Shown here one piece after another: positions 1-12,467 of a DNA stretch of 64,000 nt (its first letter is position 1; every line of letters starts with the position of its first letter). The stretch comes from Zootoca vivipara. Its lineage: Eukaryota. The stretch covers positions 992,001 to 1,056,000 of the forward strand of contig NC_083277.1 of assembly GCF_963506605.1 (NCBI RefSeq), read 5' to 3'. The translations under genes and the position numbers were made by a program. The notes under the pieces are model-generated. The model saw only the letters and a list, made by a program, of their open reading frames with translations. It searched no databases and was not told where the DNA came from.

Positions 1-121
1 GAAGCTACGAACATGAGTTTGACCAAACTGCGGGAGGCAGTGCAAGACAGGAGTGCCTGGCGTGCTATGGTCCATGGGGTCACGAAGAGTCGGACACGAC
101 TAAACGACTAAACAACAACAA
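1..121 (+). mobile_element. BovB (RTE clade) LINE 3' end, truncated by window edge
   Basis: Matches the 3' end of the full-length BovB at 54725-57953 (encodes ...[36 protein letters not shown]) followed by a (CAA)n tail. Confidence 0.9.
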
Positions 122-444
122 ATTCATACTTCTTTAAACTTAATCACAATGGTAACAAACTATTAACTACAGCATTTCTTCTTCCCCTAAATTTATTTTA
201 ACACTATCTCACATAAAAATGTAAATTAACTTAGAAATAATAATAATTAATAAACCATCTATAAAAGAAAAGAAAAAGGATTAAGACATTGCTGACTTCC
301 CGACATTTCCCGATGTATTTTACCTGTACAATATTGAAAGTACTCACACTCTTATCCTATTCTTACTCAACTTTTAGTACTTTCTTATAACATGTCATAT
401 CCAGTCCCTTTATTTAATCACATAATATTTATATTTATACCAGA

Positions 445-1413
445 GTCATCAGGGGGTTGGGGCTGGGTGTTCATCAGTATGCGGATGATACCCAGCTCTA
501 CCTCTCTTTCAAATCAGAACCAGTGAAGGCAGTGAAGGTCCTGTGTGAGTGCGTGGAGGCGGTTGGAGGTTGGATGGGGGCTAAGAGATTGAGGTTGAAT
601 CCTGACAAGACAGAAGTACTCTTTGTGGGGGAAAGGAGGCGGGCAGGTGTGGAGTATTCCCTGGTCCTGAATGGGGTAGCTGTGCCCCTGAAGGACCAGG
701 TGCGCAACCTGGGAGTCATTTTGGACTCACAGCTGTCCATGGAGGCGCAGGTCAATTCTGTGTCCAGGGCGGCTGTCTACCAGCTCCATCTGGTACGCAG
801 GCTGAGACCCTACCTGCCTGTAGACTGTCTCGCCAGAGTGGTGCATGCTCTAGTTATCTCCCGCTTGGACTACTGCAATGCGCTCTATGTGGGGCTACCT
901 TTGAAGGTGACCCAGAAACTACAATTAATCCAGAATGCGGAAGCTAGACTGGTGACTGGGAGCGGCCACCAAGACCACATAACAAGGGTCCTGAAAGACC
1001 TACATTGGCTCCCAGTACGTTTCCGAGCACAATTCAAAGTCTTGGTGCTGACCTTGAAAGCCCTAAATGGCCTCGGTCCAGTATACCTGAAGGAGCGTCT
1101 CCACCTCCATCGTTTTGCCCGGACACTGAGGTCCAGCACCGAGGGCCTTCTGGCGGTTCCCTCGCTACGAGAAGCCAAGTTACAGGGAACCAGGCAGAGG
1201 GCCTTCTCGGTAGTGGAACCCGCCCTGTGGAACCCCCTCATACCAGATGTCAAAGAGAAAAACAACTACCAGATTTTTAGAGGACACCTGAAGGCAGCCC
1301 TGTTTAGGGAAGCTTTTGATGTTTAATAAATTATTGTATTTTAATACTTCTGTTGGAAGCTGCCCAGAGTGGCTGGGGAAACCCAGCCAGATGGGCGGGG
1401 TATAAATAATAAA
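445..1413 (+). mobile_element. L2-clade LINE, 5'-truncated (RT C-terminal ORF 457-1326 plus 3' tail)
   Basis: ORF has YADDTQLY, LNPDKTE, SRLDYCN and LHWLPVRFRAQFK motifs typical of L2 RT; 3' end GGGCGGGGTATAAATAATAA. Confidence 0.88.
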
Positions 1414-2000
1414 TGATGATGATGATGATGATGATAATGACATTGGAGTATCACCGTGGAACATAACAACAACGGCAACAACAACAACAACAACATGTTG
1501 TATGTCACTTTGGGCTGCCCTGGACAAGGGAAAGAAACTAATAGGTTGAATAAATAACAACAACAACAATTGAAATTGCAATAATAATAATAATGCAGGC
1601 TTTTAAGGGGCAAACACGGGACCCCACCCATTTCCATAGCAATCGTCCCAATCTCTTAAATCCCACAGACGTGAGATCTGATATAGTGGGAATATATAGC
1701 CGGCATTTGAGTGATAGTGGAGAAATAATGAGTTGGACAATAATATTAAGGATACATACTGTTGTAAGAATGTAGTAGATAAATAGTTAGCGGAATACAT
1801 TCATGTTTAAAATATAATTCATGCATTAGGGATTAACAGGAAGTCAAAACTGTGGTTATATATGATTCTGAAATAAGGGGGAATTTTATTTTATTTTCCC
1901 TTTTCTTTTTTTATATGCTCGCTCACTTAGCTTGGTGTTATATGTATTTTATTTTTGTTCTCATTCCAAACTATAAAAGGTAACAACTTAGGTGGAGTGG

Positions 2001-2001
<1 letters not shown>

Positions 2002-2036
<35 letters not shown>

Positions 2037-2037
2037 T
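2002..2037. repeat. (AAT)n microsatellite
   Basis: Perfect AAT run. Confidence 0.9.
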
Positions 2038-2097
2038 TTATTAAAAGGTATAGTCTTATAGGATATGTGATAGAGAACAACATAGTGAAAAGCAATA

Positions 2098-2804
2098 CAG
2101 TGGTACCTCGGTTTAAGTACACAATTGGTTCCAGAAGTCTGTACTTAAGCTGAAGCGAACTTTAGAATCATTGAGTTGGAAGAGACCACAAGGGTCATCC
2201 AGTCCAACCCCTTGCCAAGCAGGAAACACCATCAAAGCATACTTGACAGGAGACTCCACCACACTCCTTGGCAGCAAATTCCACTGCCGAACAGCTCTTG
2301 CTGTCAGGAAGTTCTTCCTAATGTTTAGGTGGAATCTTCTTTCTTGTAGTTTGAATCCATTGCTCCGTGTCCGCTTCTCTGGAGCAGCAGAAAACAACCT
2401 TTCTCCCTCCTCTATATGACATCCTTTTATATATTTGAACATGGCTATCATATCACCCCTTACCCTTCTCTTCTCCAGGCTAAACATACCCAGCTCCCTA
2501 AGCCGTTCCTCATAAGGCATTGTTTCCAGGCCTTTGACCATTTTGGTTGCCTTCCTCTGGACACGTTCCAGCTTGTCAGTATCCTTCTTGAACTGTGGTG
2601 CCCAGAACTGGACACAGTACTCCAGGTGAGGTCTGACCAGAGCAGAATACAGTGGCACTATTACTTCCCTTGATCTAAATGCTATACTCCTATACTTTCC
2701 CATTGAAAGTAATGGAAAGTGGATTAATCCGTTCCAGACGGGTCCGCGGAGTACTTAAACTGAAAGTACTCAAACCGAAGCGTCCTTAAACTGAGGTATG
2801 ACTG
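2098..2804. mobile_element. Tc1/mariner (Tigger-like) non-autonomous DNA transposon, interrupted by a CR1
   Basis: TA|CAGTGGTACCTCGGTTTAAG ... CTTAAACTGAGGTATGACTG|TA imperfect TIRs with TA flanks; related elements at 17538-17964 and 36465-36702. Confidence 0.75.
2164..2693 (-). mobile_element. CR1 LINE 3' fragment nested in the Tigger-like element
   Basis: ORF 2113-2703(-) has [15 protein letters not shown]...[11 protein letters not shown]; ACTTT duplicated at 2159-2163 and 2694-2698. Confidence 0.9.
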
Positions 2805-3199
2805 TACTCAGTGGCGGAGCTTCATGGTACGGCACCGGGGGCTGGCGCCCATTCTGGGGGTGGGGGGCACACTCTGGGGGTGGGGCGGGTAGTCGCCATG
2901 GCACCCTTGGGATTGTGCTGCCTGGGGCATACCGCCCCCCCCACCCCTGCTTGTCCGTGCCTGACTGTACTATGTTATAACAATGATTAACTGTTGAATG
3001 TATTTTTTTGTTTTTTTGTGATTATTAGTTTGTTCTGTGATATAAAAAAATCTTTAAAAAATAGATATAGTGGGAAAAGTGGAATGGAATATGGGAATAT
3101 TGGTGGAATGGAGAGATGGAGTTGGGCACAGGTATCTCTGGATAGGAACCCTTTAGATGCTTCTCCCCAGAAACACAGGCATGTGGGCGAGACTGTAGT

Positions 3200-5200
3200 T
3201 GCCAAGACAGTAGCCTCAAAGGGCGGAACGAATAAAGGGGGCTTCCTCCCTTTCCTCTCCCCCCCCTGGTTAAACTCCCTATAAGAGCCCCCAGCGCCCC
3301 ATGCAGGATCTGACCTGGGACTTCTGGCAGGGCAAGGACTGAGCTTGAAGGGAGGAGAGGGTGGGTGGATCAGGCCTCCTGTTCAGGGATCTCTCCCTGG
3401 TCTACTCAAAGGAGATTCCTGAGCAGGAGGGAGAAGTCAAGGCAGGCAGCCCCCAAGTCCCTCTCTCTTTCTCCAATATGCCCAGGGATGCTCCCCTCTC
3501 TCCCTCGCTCCGCCCCCCAACATCCTCTGCCCTCCTCCCTCCGCCCCCCAGTCTCCCCTTTGCCCAGAGCCCCCCCCCCTGGCAAGCTCACCCTTTGTGC
3601 CAAATCTCTCCCAAGCGCCCCCCTCTCCATCCGGAGGGGCCTCGCCAGATGAGCAAGGAAGGGGGAGAGGAGGGAGAGGGGTCTCTATACAGGCCTCTCT
3701 CGCCCCCTTTAACCCTTCCATGGACTCCCTCTCTCCACTTCTCCACCTAAAGGGGAGCCAGGATTCCTGCCAGGGGGAATCCGGAACTCGCAGAGAGACG
3801 CGGAATTGGGGCCTCGGTTCAAGTCTCAGCCCTTAAGGGGGGGGGGGACTCCCATTTCCATTCCTGAAAAAGCGCCCGGGGGGGGCAGGGCAGCTGAGCA
3901 TCTCTTGACTCCCAAGCGGAGGGGGCAATGCAAAACCTGCGAATGGAGGGTCCCCGATTTAAAGCTGGATTGCACGGATCAGGGCCTGTGCAGATAGCGC
4001 CCAGGAAGGGAGTTGTTCGGGGGGGGGGTCTCCGCCCCCTTTCCTCCCTCCCCCCCCACCAGCTCTACCTCTTTGTCCTCCCTGCTCCCCCCCCCCGCTC
4101 GCTCTTCTCTTCCCTTTTCCTCTCCTTCTGGGGGAGGGGCTCCTTTATCCCAGCAGGGACTGAATCAGCCCCTCCCCCGCTCGACTGACCCACAGAAAGG
4201 AGGGGGAGGGGGAGGACACCCCTACTTTCCTTCCTCCCCCCCACCCCAAATCCTGCCCTCCCTTCCCAGCTGCCCTGTTTGCAGACTCAGGGGGAGCAAA
4301 AGCGCGTCTTTATCTCTCTCCCGCCCCCGCCCCCCAAATATATAGATATACTGTATTTCGCACCTCTTTTCCCTCCTCCTCCTCCTCTGCCGACCTGCTG
4401 CTCTTCCGGGAATGTGAATGGCGGCCCCTCCCCCTCCCCTCTTGGCTCCCCCCCTCCCAACCTCCCTGCCTCTCTAGGAAGCGGAGCTCACTGACCCTTG
4501 GGGAGGAATGAGTGACGCCCCCCTCCCTCCCAGAAGTCACAAATTCTCCTCCTTCCAAACAAGCTCTGAATATCCTGTTTCTTTCCTGATAATCTCCCAG
4601 CTTCGATCCCCGGAGGCGGCAGGGAAAGAGACCCCCCCCACCTCCCCAAAAGTCCTCCCCCTTCCTATCTTTCATTCCTTTGCCAGGAGAGGGGGGTCCA
4701 TTCATTTCCCCACCCATTTCCCCACGTGGCTTAGGGTGTCCCCGTTACAACAGAGGCGTAGGGTGTCCCCTGCAGAGTAGACCGGAGTTGTGGGTCTTGG
4801 AGCAGTAATTGAGGACAACCCTCAGGGGGAGTCCAGAGTCCTTCTTAGGGGTCCTTCCTAAAATAGGGGCTGGTGTTTGAACTTGGCCTTTGTTCAGGAG
4901 GGGGGAGGGCAGTTGCACCCCTCTTTTGGATCCCCGCTCCGAGGACGAGACCCCCTCCTGACTCGCACCCAGATCCTGAAATGCAGGCCAGGGGGAGTCA
5001 AACTGTGCGACCTTCGTGCCCCAAGGGAGAGTCTTTTCAGAGATTGGGGGGTGGGTCTTTTCCGTGTCGCTGAAGGGGATGGAAACGGAGACCTTTTCAG
5101 AAAAGAAATGGAATTATAGAGCTGGTTTGGAAGGAAGGAAAATTATGTTTTCTGGGAGGAGGATGGGGGGGGGATCCCCTTTTGCCACTTATTCCTCCCC
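3200..5200. promoter_or_regulatory. GC-rich, CpG-containing region with G/C tracts; possible promoter
   Basis: High GC, many CpGs; ETS-like CTTCCGG near 4403 and YY1-like AATGGCGGC near 4417; no convincing coding ORF. Confidence 0.35.
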
Positions 5201-5397
5201 CTGCATCAATGAGCTCCACTTCCTAGAGAGGAAACAAGATTTTTAAAAAGAAAAGAAAAAGGGGGAAGGTCAGAGGGGAAGGATCTCCCTCCTCCTTTTT
5301 GGAAGAGAGAAGGCCTGGAGAGGAGGAGGAGGAAGGGCCACAGAATTGGGAGGTTTGGGGAGGGAGAGAAGAGTCTGCTTCTCCTCCCCTAGTTCTA

Positions 5398-5530
5398 GGT
5401 ACAGGTAGGTAGCCGTCTTGGTCTGGCGGAGTCGAAACAAAATAAAAAAAAACAATTCCTTCCAGTAGCACCTTAGAGACAAATGACAAACTGAGCTGGT
5501 CTCTAAGGTGCCACTGGAAGGAATTTTTTA
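5398..5530. mobile_element. Penelope-like element terminal remnant, inverted arrangement
   Basis: TACAGGTAGGTAGCCGT...TTCCTTCCAGTAGCACCTTAGAGAC followed by its reverse complement GTCTCTAAGGTGCCACTGGAAGGAA. Confidence 0.6.
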
Positions 5531-5749
5531 AATTTTGTTTCCTCTTCCGCATGGCAGCCCTTGAGATACTGGAAGATGGCTCTATCGGATGGCCTCTCGG
5601 TCTCCTCTTTTCCAGGCTAAACATCCCCAGCTCCTTCATTGGGGGGGGGGGAGAGAGGGGGGGAGGAAGGGAGGCTTCTTCCCCCCTTCCAGCTGCTGCT
5701 GCTCCTGCTTCTGACCTCTGACAGCTTCCGGGTCATGTGGCCAGCGTGA

Positions 5750-5877
5750 CTAAGGTTAAGAGGAACAGAGCTGGGTTCCTAGAGAGGACAGGAAGTGGAG
5801 GTGCGGGGGGGGGCAAAGTCCTCCCTCGCCCAAGCCCCTCCCTGCTTCCGTCTCCCTCTCTCTGCCTGGGGGTGAGT
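5750..5877 (+). promoter_or_regulatory. Putative promoter and non-coding exon 1 of ZNF paralogue 1
   Basis: ETS-like CAGGAAGTG followed by strong donor GG|GTGAGT (GT at 5872); block conserved upstream of paralogue 2 (18320-18441). Confidence 0.55.
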
Positions 5878-6519
5878 CTGGCGTCCCTTTCCCTCCGGGT
5901 GCAATGGGGATGTGGGGGTCCCAGGGCTGCCTGCAAGGGGGGGAGGGTGCCGGGGGGCCTGGTCAGAGCATGCATGGGGCGCCCCCAATCTGGGTGCAGA
6001 CAAGCCAGGGAGGGGGCGAGGCTGCCAGGGCTCTCCCCGCTCTTCTTGCTTGGCACCCGGGCGCCGCTTGGCCCGTGGGAGGGAGGGGTCTTTGTGGGGG
6101 GGGGGAGGCTGCAGATACAGCCATGTAATCTCAATAAAGAGTTGAGGAGGGAGAGTATTCCTCCTCTTCATGAGGTTTCATACAGATGTTGAACAGCCCC
6201 ACATTGAAGGCTCCCCTGGGCTGAAAAGCCCCCCCCAAGCAACCCCATCTGGGAATGCCCATCCCAGTAGGACCAGGACCAGCGCAAAAGGGAGTCACCC
6301 ACCCCTAACTGGGGCAGAGAGGTTGAGGGGAATTAACAAGGCCATGTTTCCCATTATGTGTCTCTCTGGACAGAGGTCATCATACAGGGCGATCTGTAGG
6401 TTTCAAGGGAATCGGTTTCCTCTAAGAGCACCTGCATCTGGTCAGTGACCCCCCCCCCAAAAAAAAAAAAACCCAGGATCTTGCTCAGGAAAGGGGGATT
6501 AGTGGCTGGCCAGTAGTTA

Positions 6520-6725
6520 TAGTTACAGGTAGGTAGCCGTGTTGGTCTGAGTCGAAGCAAAATTAAAAAATTCCTTCAGTAGCACCTTAAAGACCAACTA
6601 AGTTTTTATTTTGGTATGAGCTTTTGTGTGCATGTATCTGACGAAGTGTGCATGCACACGAAAGCTCATACCAAAATAAAAACTTAGTTGGTCTTTAAGG
6701 TGCTACTGAAGGAATTTTTTTATTT
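6520..6725. mobile_element. Penelope-like element remnant forming a long inverted repeat
   Basis: Arms of about 65 bp (AATTCCTTCAGTAGCACC...TGTGTGCATG and CATGCACACG...GCTACTGAAGGAATT) around a short spacer. Confidence 0.7.
6634..6671 (+). ncRNA. Minimal type I hammerhead ribozyme motif (Penelope-associated)
   Basis: GTAT-CTGACGA-A-GTGTGCATGCACAC-GAAA-GC-TC^ATAC: stem I GTAT/ATAC, CUGANGA and GAAA core, stem II hairpin, palindromic AGCT at helix III, UC cleavage site. Confidence 0.65.
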
Positions 6726-6925
6726 GGCCAGGAGTTAGTTCGATTTTCTGAGCATGAAGGCTTGTTCAATGAATGTTTTACTTTTCCTGATGTTGTTTCA
6801 ATTTTACAACAGAGCAACACATTTGCTTTTGTAGGATTTACTGGCACCTCTGATTCATACAGACAGAACATAGCAGAAGACCCAGAGATTCCTTCTGATA
6901 TCTTGGAGGTTTCCTGAGAGCCCAG

Positions 6926-9900
6926 ATGGAGGAGCAAGACTCAGCTGGCCCTGAAGCGGGAAGAAGCCATGCCACTCAAACTGAGGAAAGTGGGGGATTC
7001 TGGGAAAACTCCATGCAAAGGATCCTGGGTGAGGAAGACACTCTTTGCTCCGATGTGCCGAGCCAACAGTTCAGGCAGTTCTGCCACCAGGAGGCCAAAG
7101 GACCCCAAGAGGTTTGTGGTCGATTCTACGACCTTGACCATCAATGGCTGAAGCCAGAAAGGCACACGAAAGCTGAGATGCTGGACCTGGTGATCTTGGA
7201 GCAGTTTCTGGCTGTCCTTCCCCTGGAGATGGAGAGCTGGGTGAGGGAATGTGGAGCAGAGACCAGTTCCCAGGCGGTGGCCCTGGCTGAAGGTTTCCTC
7301 CTGAGTCAGGCAGAGGAGAGGAAGCAGGTGAGAGAGATCCCCCCACCCCGGATACTCCCAAGGGGCTCTGAACATTCTCTAGTAATGGCCCATCCTTTTT
7401 TGGGCAGCACCCAAGGAATCAGATCTGATACCCCTAAAGTTTTTTTATTCTCTAATCCCTCATTTTCTCTTTTGAATCCTTGTTGCTCTTTCAGGGAAAG
7501 AATCTGTTACCAGAAATAGGCCCCAATTCCTTTGAGGCAGAGAGGACCCTGTTGGACACCAGAGAGAGACCACTGGGTAAGGAAGGAGGAGCTTTTTCTC
7601 TGTAATATTTAGTGGCATATGAAATGGGTACAACCTTAGCAGGTGAGACTTTCTCTGAGGCTCGTCTGTAGTTTGAGATGCACACCTGAACCGCAGAGAG
7701 AAGCAGATGTTCTGGGTTTCCCACTTCCCTTTGTCTCTTGCAGGTGAGAGAACGATGCCAGCAAGACTTCCTCCTCCCTTTTTTCATGGTGGTGAAGGGG
7801 AAGCAGCGGCTGTGGAACCAGATCAGGTAGGGGGATGGAAACATGTGGGGAAAGAGGCCGAGGGGTGGGGCAGCCAGTTTGCTTTTGAGCCAAACAAATC
7901 TCTCTCCTTTCCTTGGCTTCTGTCAAAGTGGCTCTTCACGATTTCTGTACATGTATTGAATTTTCCAAGCAGCTGACAAACCTTAAAAGGGTGCTAGGAT
8001 TCATCTAACTCAGGTGCACATTGTGGCGCTCCACCTATTTGCAAGGTGAATTGCTGTTGTTGGCCTCGGTCTGTCTCGAGAGACAATGGAGTGCGCCTCT
8101 GGGGGTGAAGTCAAACGCTTGGAGAATCACAGCCTTTGCCGTGGCTGCAGATACCAGTAAACTGACCTCCCTGGGGCACAAGCCTGGGCAATGTGGATGG
8201 AGGTCCTGGGCTACTCAGAGGATAATACTCGCCTCTCAGGCTCTCTGATGTGGTCCAAAGGAAAGCAGAGTAAGACGTGAGGCACACAAGCCTCCATCCA
8301 ACCGCCTTAGGGACTCCATTCCAGATTTGTGTTGGCTTTACTCCGTAGCCTTTTCTTCTCTCCAAGATATCCCACAAGGCAGAGGAGGTCAAAAGATCAA
8401 AGTTTTTCTTCTCTTTGTTGGACTCCCTTCCCAGCTGGATGAGCCCCGTCTGCTCCTCTCTTCCCTCTGCAGCACAGGGAGCAACCACCAACTTGACTGT
8501 GGGACCTACTCCTGGTCTCTTCCGCTCAATGTGCTGAAACTAGTCTTAGCATGGACGGGGAAGTCCCGAACTCATTGAGGGTTGAAGACCCATTGGTTCC
8601 CTTCACCTGGTTTAGCCGGTCAGTCAAAGCCGTTCCTGGATTGTGGCCGCTGTCTCATGCTGAGAGCAGAGTGCAGGATGGGGGCCAAAGGTGGACTAAC
8701 TACCCCAGAAGGAGCAGGATGTGTCCATGACCAAGGGTACTATCACCCCACACACCCCACAAGGATGAATACTCATCATTAAAACACACAATAAAAGAGT
8801 TCCACTAAGATGTTAAAATAAGCATCCATAATTAAAATGTGCACAAAACAATCCCATTCAAACATGACAACCACAGAGCAATGGGGTGTAGAGCATCTTT
8901 ATGTTGTCTAAGAGGAGGACATGTCCCTCTTTCTTTTAGGGTCCAGTGTGCTTTGAAGATGTCGCTGTTCGTTTCTCAGACGAGGAATGGGTGTTGCTGG
9001 ATCCTGACCAGAGAGCTCTGCATAAGGAAGTCATGGAGGAGAATCGTGGGATCCTGGACTCTCTCGGTAAGGCTCCCTGCTGGATCACAATATCTGTTTT
9101 GAAATTCCATGCATAGCTCTATGTGATGAACCACCAATATTTTGATGGAGCTCAGCAAGTGTCTGGAATTCCAACATCCCCACTGTGAACGCCAAATGGA
9201 GGGATATCAACTGTTTTCTCTGTTAATATTCTTCTTCCAGTTATGCCTTTTTAAATAATGACCAGCCTGGTCTGAACTAACCAGGCCTTCTTAAATGTCG
9301 GCTTCACAGTGTGGTATTTATATGCGCAGACGTTGCCTCAGGTTGTTTGACTCCTAAATATTATTTGATTCAGAATATTACAATTTATATGTGGTACATA
9401 AAGAACATCTTACACTCTTGATTTGCTTTACTTCATTTCCCAATTCGCAGTTTAAATATCCCGAACCTTTACCACATGTTTTTACAATTTTAACTGTATA
9501 TGCTTCAGGGTCAAACAACCTGAGGCAGAAAAAGGGTTCTCCCTCAGAAACTGATGTTAATATTTTGACCACTCATTACATTACTTTATATACTAAAACA
9601 CATTTATGTGTGGTATCTATTATAATTTTATATACACACTCTGTATTGATTTTGATTATTTGTGCATTTATCCATTAGTTATTCAAGACTTAATAAGCTA
9701 CACTCAAAAAACCAAAATAATTCAACATTAAATAATACTGTTAAATTAAGTCTTAAGAGTGACTTAAACTGCTTATATCTATATGAGACTTTATAGACTT
9801 ATTCTGAGGCACGTAGCAACATAAAACAAGCAGAAGCTGCTCTCACGGAAAATCTCTCTCTCACTCGACAGTTGAGAACAGACCTAAGGGGGAAAACGGC

Positions 9901-12467
9901 CTCCTGGAGTGACAGTCACCCTTCCCATAACATTTTGGAGGCAACACTCACAGAGTTGTTAGGGAAGTTCAAGTAACTTCTGTCAGGTTTGGGGTTTTTG
10001 TTTTAGCCTCTGCCCATTTCTCAAATATACAGTGTTCTCGAAGCTACGAACACAAGTCTGACCAAATTGCGGGAGGCAGTGCAAGACAGGAGTGCCTGGC
10101 GTGCTCTGGTCCAGGGGGTCACGAAGAGTCGGACACGACTAAACAACTAAACAACAACAACAATTTCTCAAATGGAAGACCAATGTTAGAGTTGGAGTGG
10201 ATTTCATGATTGTGGCAACAAAAATCCGTCCTAGAAAAGAGCCAGACGTTTTGACCTCAGGTTCCCATAAATAGGTCTGTGAATGCTGGTCAACAAAAGC
10301 CGTGACCTCTGTAGAAAGACCTGATGTTTTCCATTCTTTCTATTTCACAAAAGTTCATTATTGTTGTTTAGTCATTTAGTTGTGTCTGACTCTTTGTGAC
10401 CCCCATGGACCATAGCACGCCAGGCACTCCTGTCTTGCACTGCCTCCCGCAGTTTGGTCAAACTCATGTTCGTAGCTTCGAGAACACTGTCCAACCATCT
10501 CGTCCTCTGTCGTCCCCTTCTCCTAGTGCCCTCCATCTTTCCCAACATCAAGGTCTTTTCCAAGGATTCTTCTCTTCTCATGAGGTGGCCAAAGTATTGG
10601 AGCCTCAGCTTCAGGATCTGTCCTTCCAGTGAGCACTCAGGGCTGATTTCCTTCAGAATGGATAGGTTTGATCTTCTTGCAGTCCATGGGACTCTCAAGA
10701 GTCTCCTTCAGCACCACAAACTACTGGGGGAAATGTTCATTAGCATTGTTTAATAATTGGGGGCTCCATTTCTTCCTGAGGATCTAATTAGTTTCTCTCT
10801 TCGTTGTAGGTGGTGATGAATTGGAAATGAAGAATGGAGACCACAACAGAATCCACTCAGTGGAGAATCCATATCAAGACAGGGAGTGTGAAGAGAGCTT
10901 CAGTCAGAGCTCCCGTTCCCATCAAATAAAGCACAGTGGGAAGAAAAGCTATCAGTGCTCAGAATGTGGGAAGATCTTCACTCGTAGCGCCACTCTCACT
11001 TCCCATCAAAGAATTCATACTGGAGAGAAACCTTATCGGTGCTTGGAATGCGGGTGGAACTTTAATACACTACCAAACTTCCATCGACATAAAAGTATTC
11101 ACCGTGAGGAGAAATCATATCAGTGCTTGGAATGTGGAAAGGGATTCAGGTGGAAGAGTAGTCTTGCTTCCCATCAAATAATTCACACAGGTGAGAATCC
11201 CTATCAATGCTTGGAATGTGGGAAGAACTTTAATAGAAGCACAAGCTTCCATCGACATCAAAGAATTCATCTTGCGGAGAAACCCTTTAAATGCCAAGAG
11301 TGTGGAAAGAGCTTCAGTCAGAGCACAAAATTCAATGCCCATCAAAGAACTCACAGCGGGGAGAAACCCTATAAGTGCTTGGATTGTGGAAAGAGTTTCA
11401 GTCAGAGGGTGAATCTCACTACCCACCAAATAATTCATTCAGGGGAGAAACCTTTTCAATGCCTTGAGTGTGGAAAGAGCTTTAGTCGCAACTCCCATCT
11501 CACTTCCCATCAAATGATTCACACAGGAGAGAAACCATATAAGTGCTTGGAATGTGGACAGAGCTTCATCCAGAAGGCAAGGCTCACTTCCCATCAAATA
11601 ATTCACAGTGGGGAGATGCCATTTCAGTGTCCAGAGTGTGGAAAGAGCTTCACAAGGAAGGAAGGTCTCATGCTCCATCAGAGAATTCATACAGGGCAGA
11701 AACCATTTCAATGCTTGGAATGTGGAAAGAGCTTCAGTCGGAACTCCTATCTCACTTACCATCAAAGAATTCATACAGGGGAGAAACCATTTAAATGCCA
11801 AGAATGTGGAAAGAGCTTCAATCATAAGGTAAGTCTCACATCCCATCAGAGAATTCATACAGGGGAGAAACCATATCAGTGCCCGGAATGTGGAAAGAGC
11901 TTTAGTCACAGGGCCAATCTCACATCCCACCAGAGAATTCATACAGGGGAGAAACCCTATCAGTGCTTGCAGTGTGGAAAGAGCTTCGGTCAGAGGGTGC
12001 AGCTCACATCCCATCAAATAATTCATACAGGAGAGAAACCGTATGAGTGCTTGGAATGCGGACAGAGCTTCAGCCAGAAGGCAAGTCTCACTTCCCATCA
12101 AAAAATTCATACAGGGGAGAAACCTTATCAGTGCTTGGAATGTGGAAAGAGCTTCAGGACGACCAACCATCTCACTTCCCATCAGATGATTCATACAGGG
12201 GAGAGACCATATAAGTGCTTGGAATGCGGAAAGAGCTTCAGTCACAACCACAATCTCACTTCCCATCAAAGAATCCATACTGGGGAGAGACCTTATCAGT
12301 GTTTGGAATGCGGAAAGAGCTTCAGTTGGAAAGAAGGTCTCAATTCCCATCAAATAATTCACAGCGGGGAGACACCATTTCGATGTCAAGAGTGTGGAAA
12401 GACCTTCAGAAGGAGGGCAGGTCTCATGCTTCATCAAAAAACTCATATAGGGCACGGACCGTATTAA
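6926..12467 (+). CDS. SCAN-KRAB-C2H2 zinc finger protein (ZKSCAN-like), paralogue 1, about 783 aa, 18 intact fingers
   Basis: Coding exons 6926-7327 (SCAN: [26 protein letters not shown]), 7495-7576, 7744-7826, 8940-9066 (127-nt KRAB-A: [31 protein letters not shown]) and 10810-12467 (C2H2 array with TGEKPY linkers); all introns GT-AG; phases join into one open frame. Confidence 0.9.
10027..10162 (+). mobile_element. BovB 3' fragment in ZNF1 last intron
   Basis: BovB 3' sequence plus CAA tail, flanked by duplicated ATTTCTCAAAT. Confidence 0.85.
10359..10717 (-). mobile_element. BovB 3' fragment in ZNF1 last intron
   Basis: ORF 10372-10698(-) [25 protein letters not shown] matches the full-length BovB C-terminus. 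Confidence 0.9.

Noticed and set aside
3361-6192. Many Pro/Gly-rich ORFs in the GC-rich region
   Set aside because: Low-complexity translations of G/C tracts with no domain or exon structure
11439-12455. Long minus-strand ORFs over the ZNF exons (also 27250-27981)
   Set aside because: Antisense shadows of the repetitive 84-nt finger codons; no independent coding signal
10810-12467. Regular 84-nt periodicity resembling a CRISPR-like repeat-spacer array
   Set aside because: It is the C2H2 linker/finger repeat of a vertebrate gene
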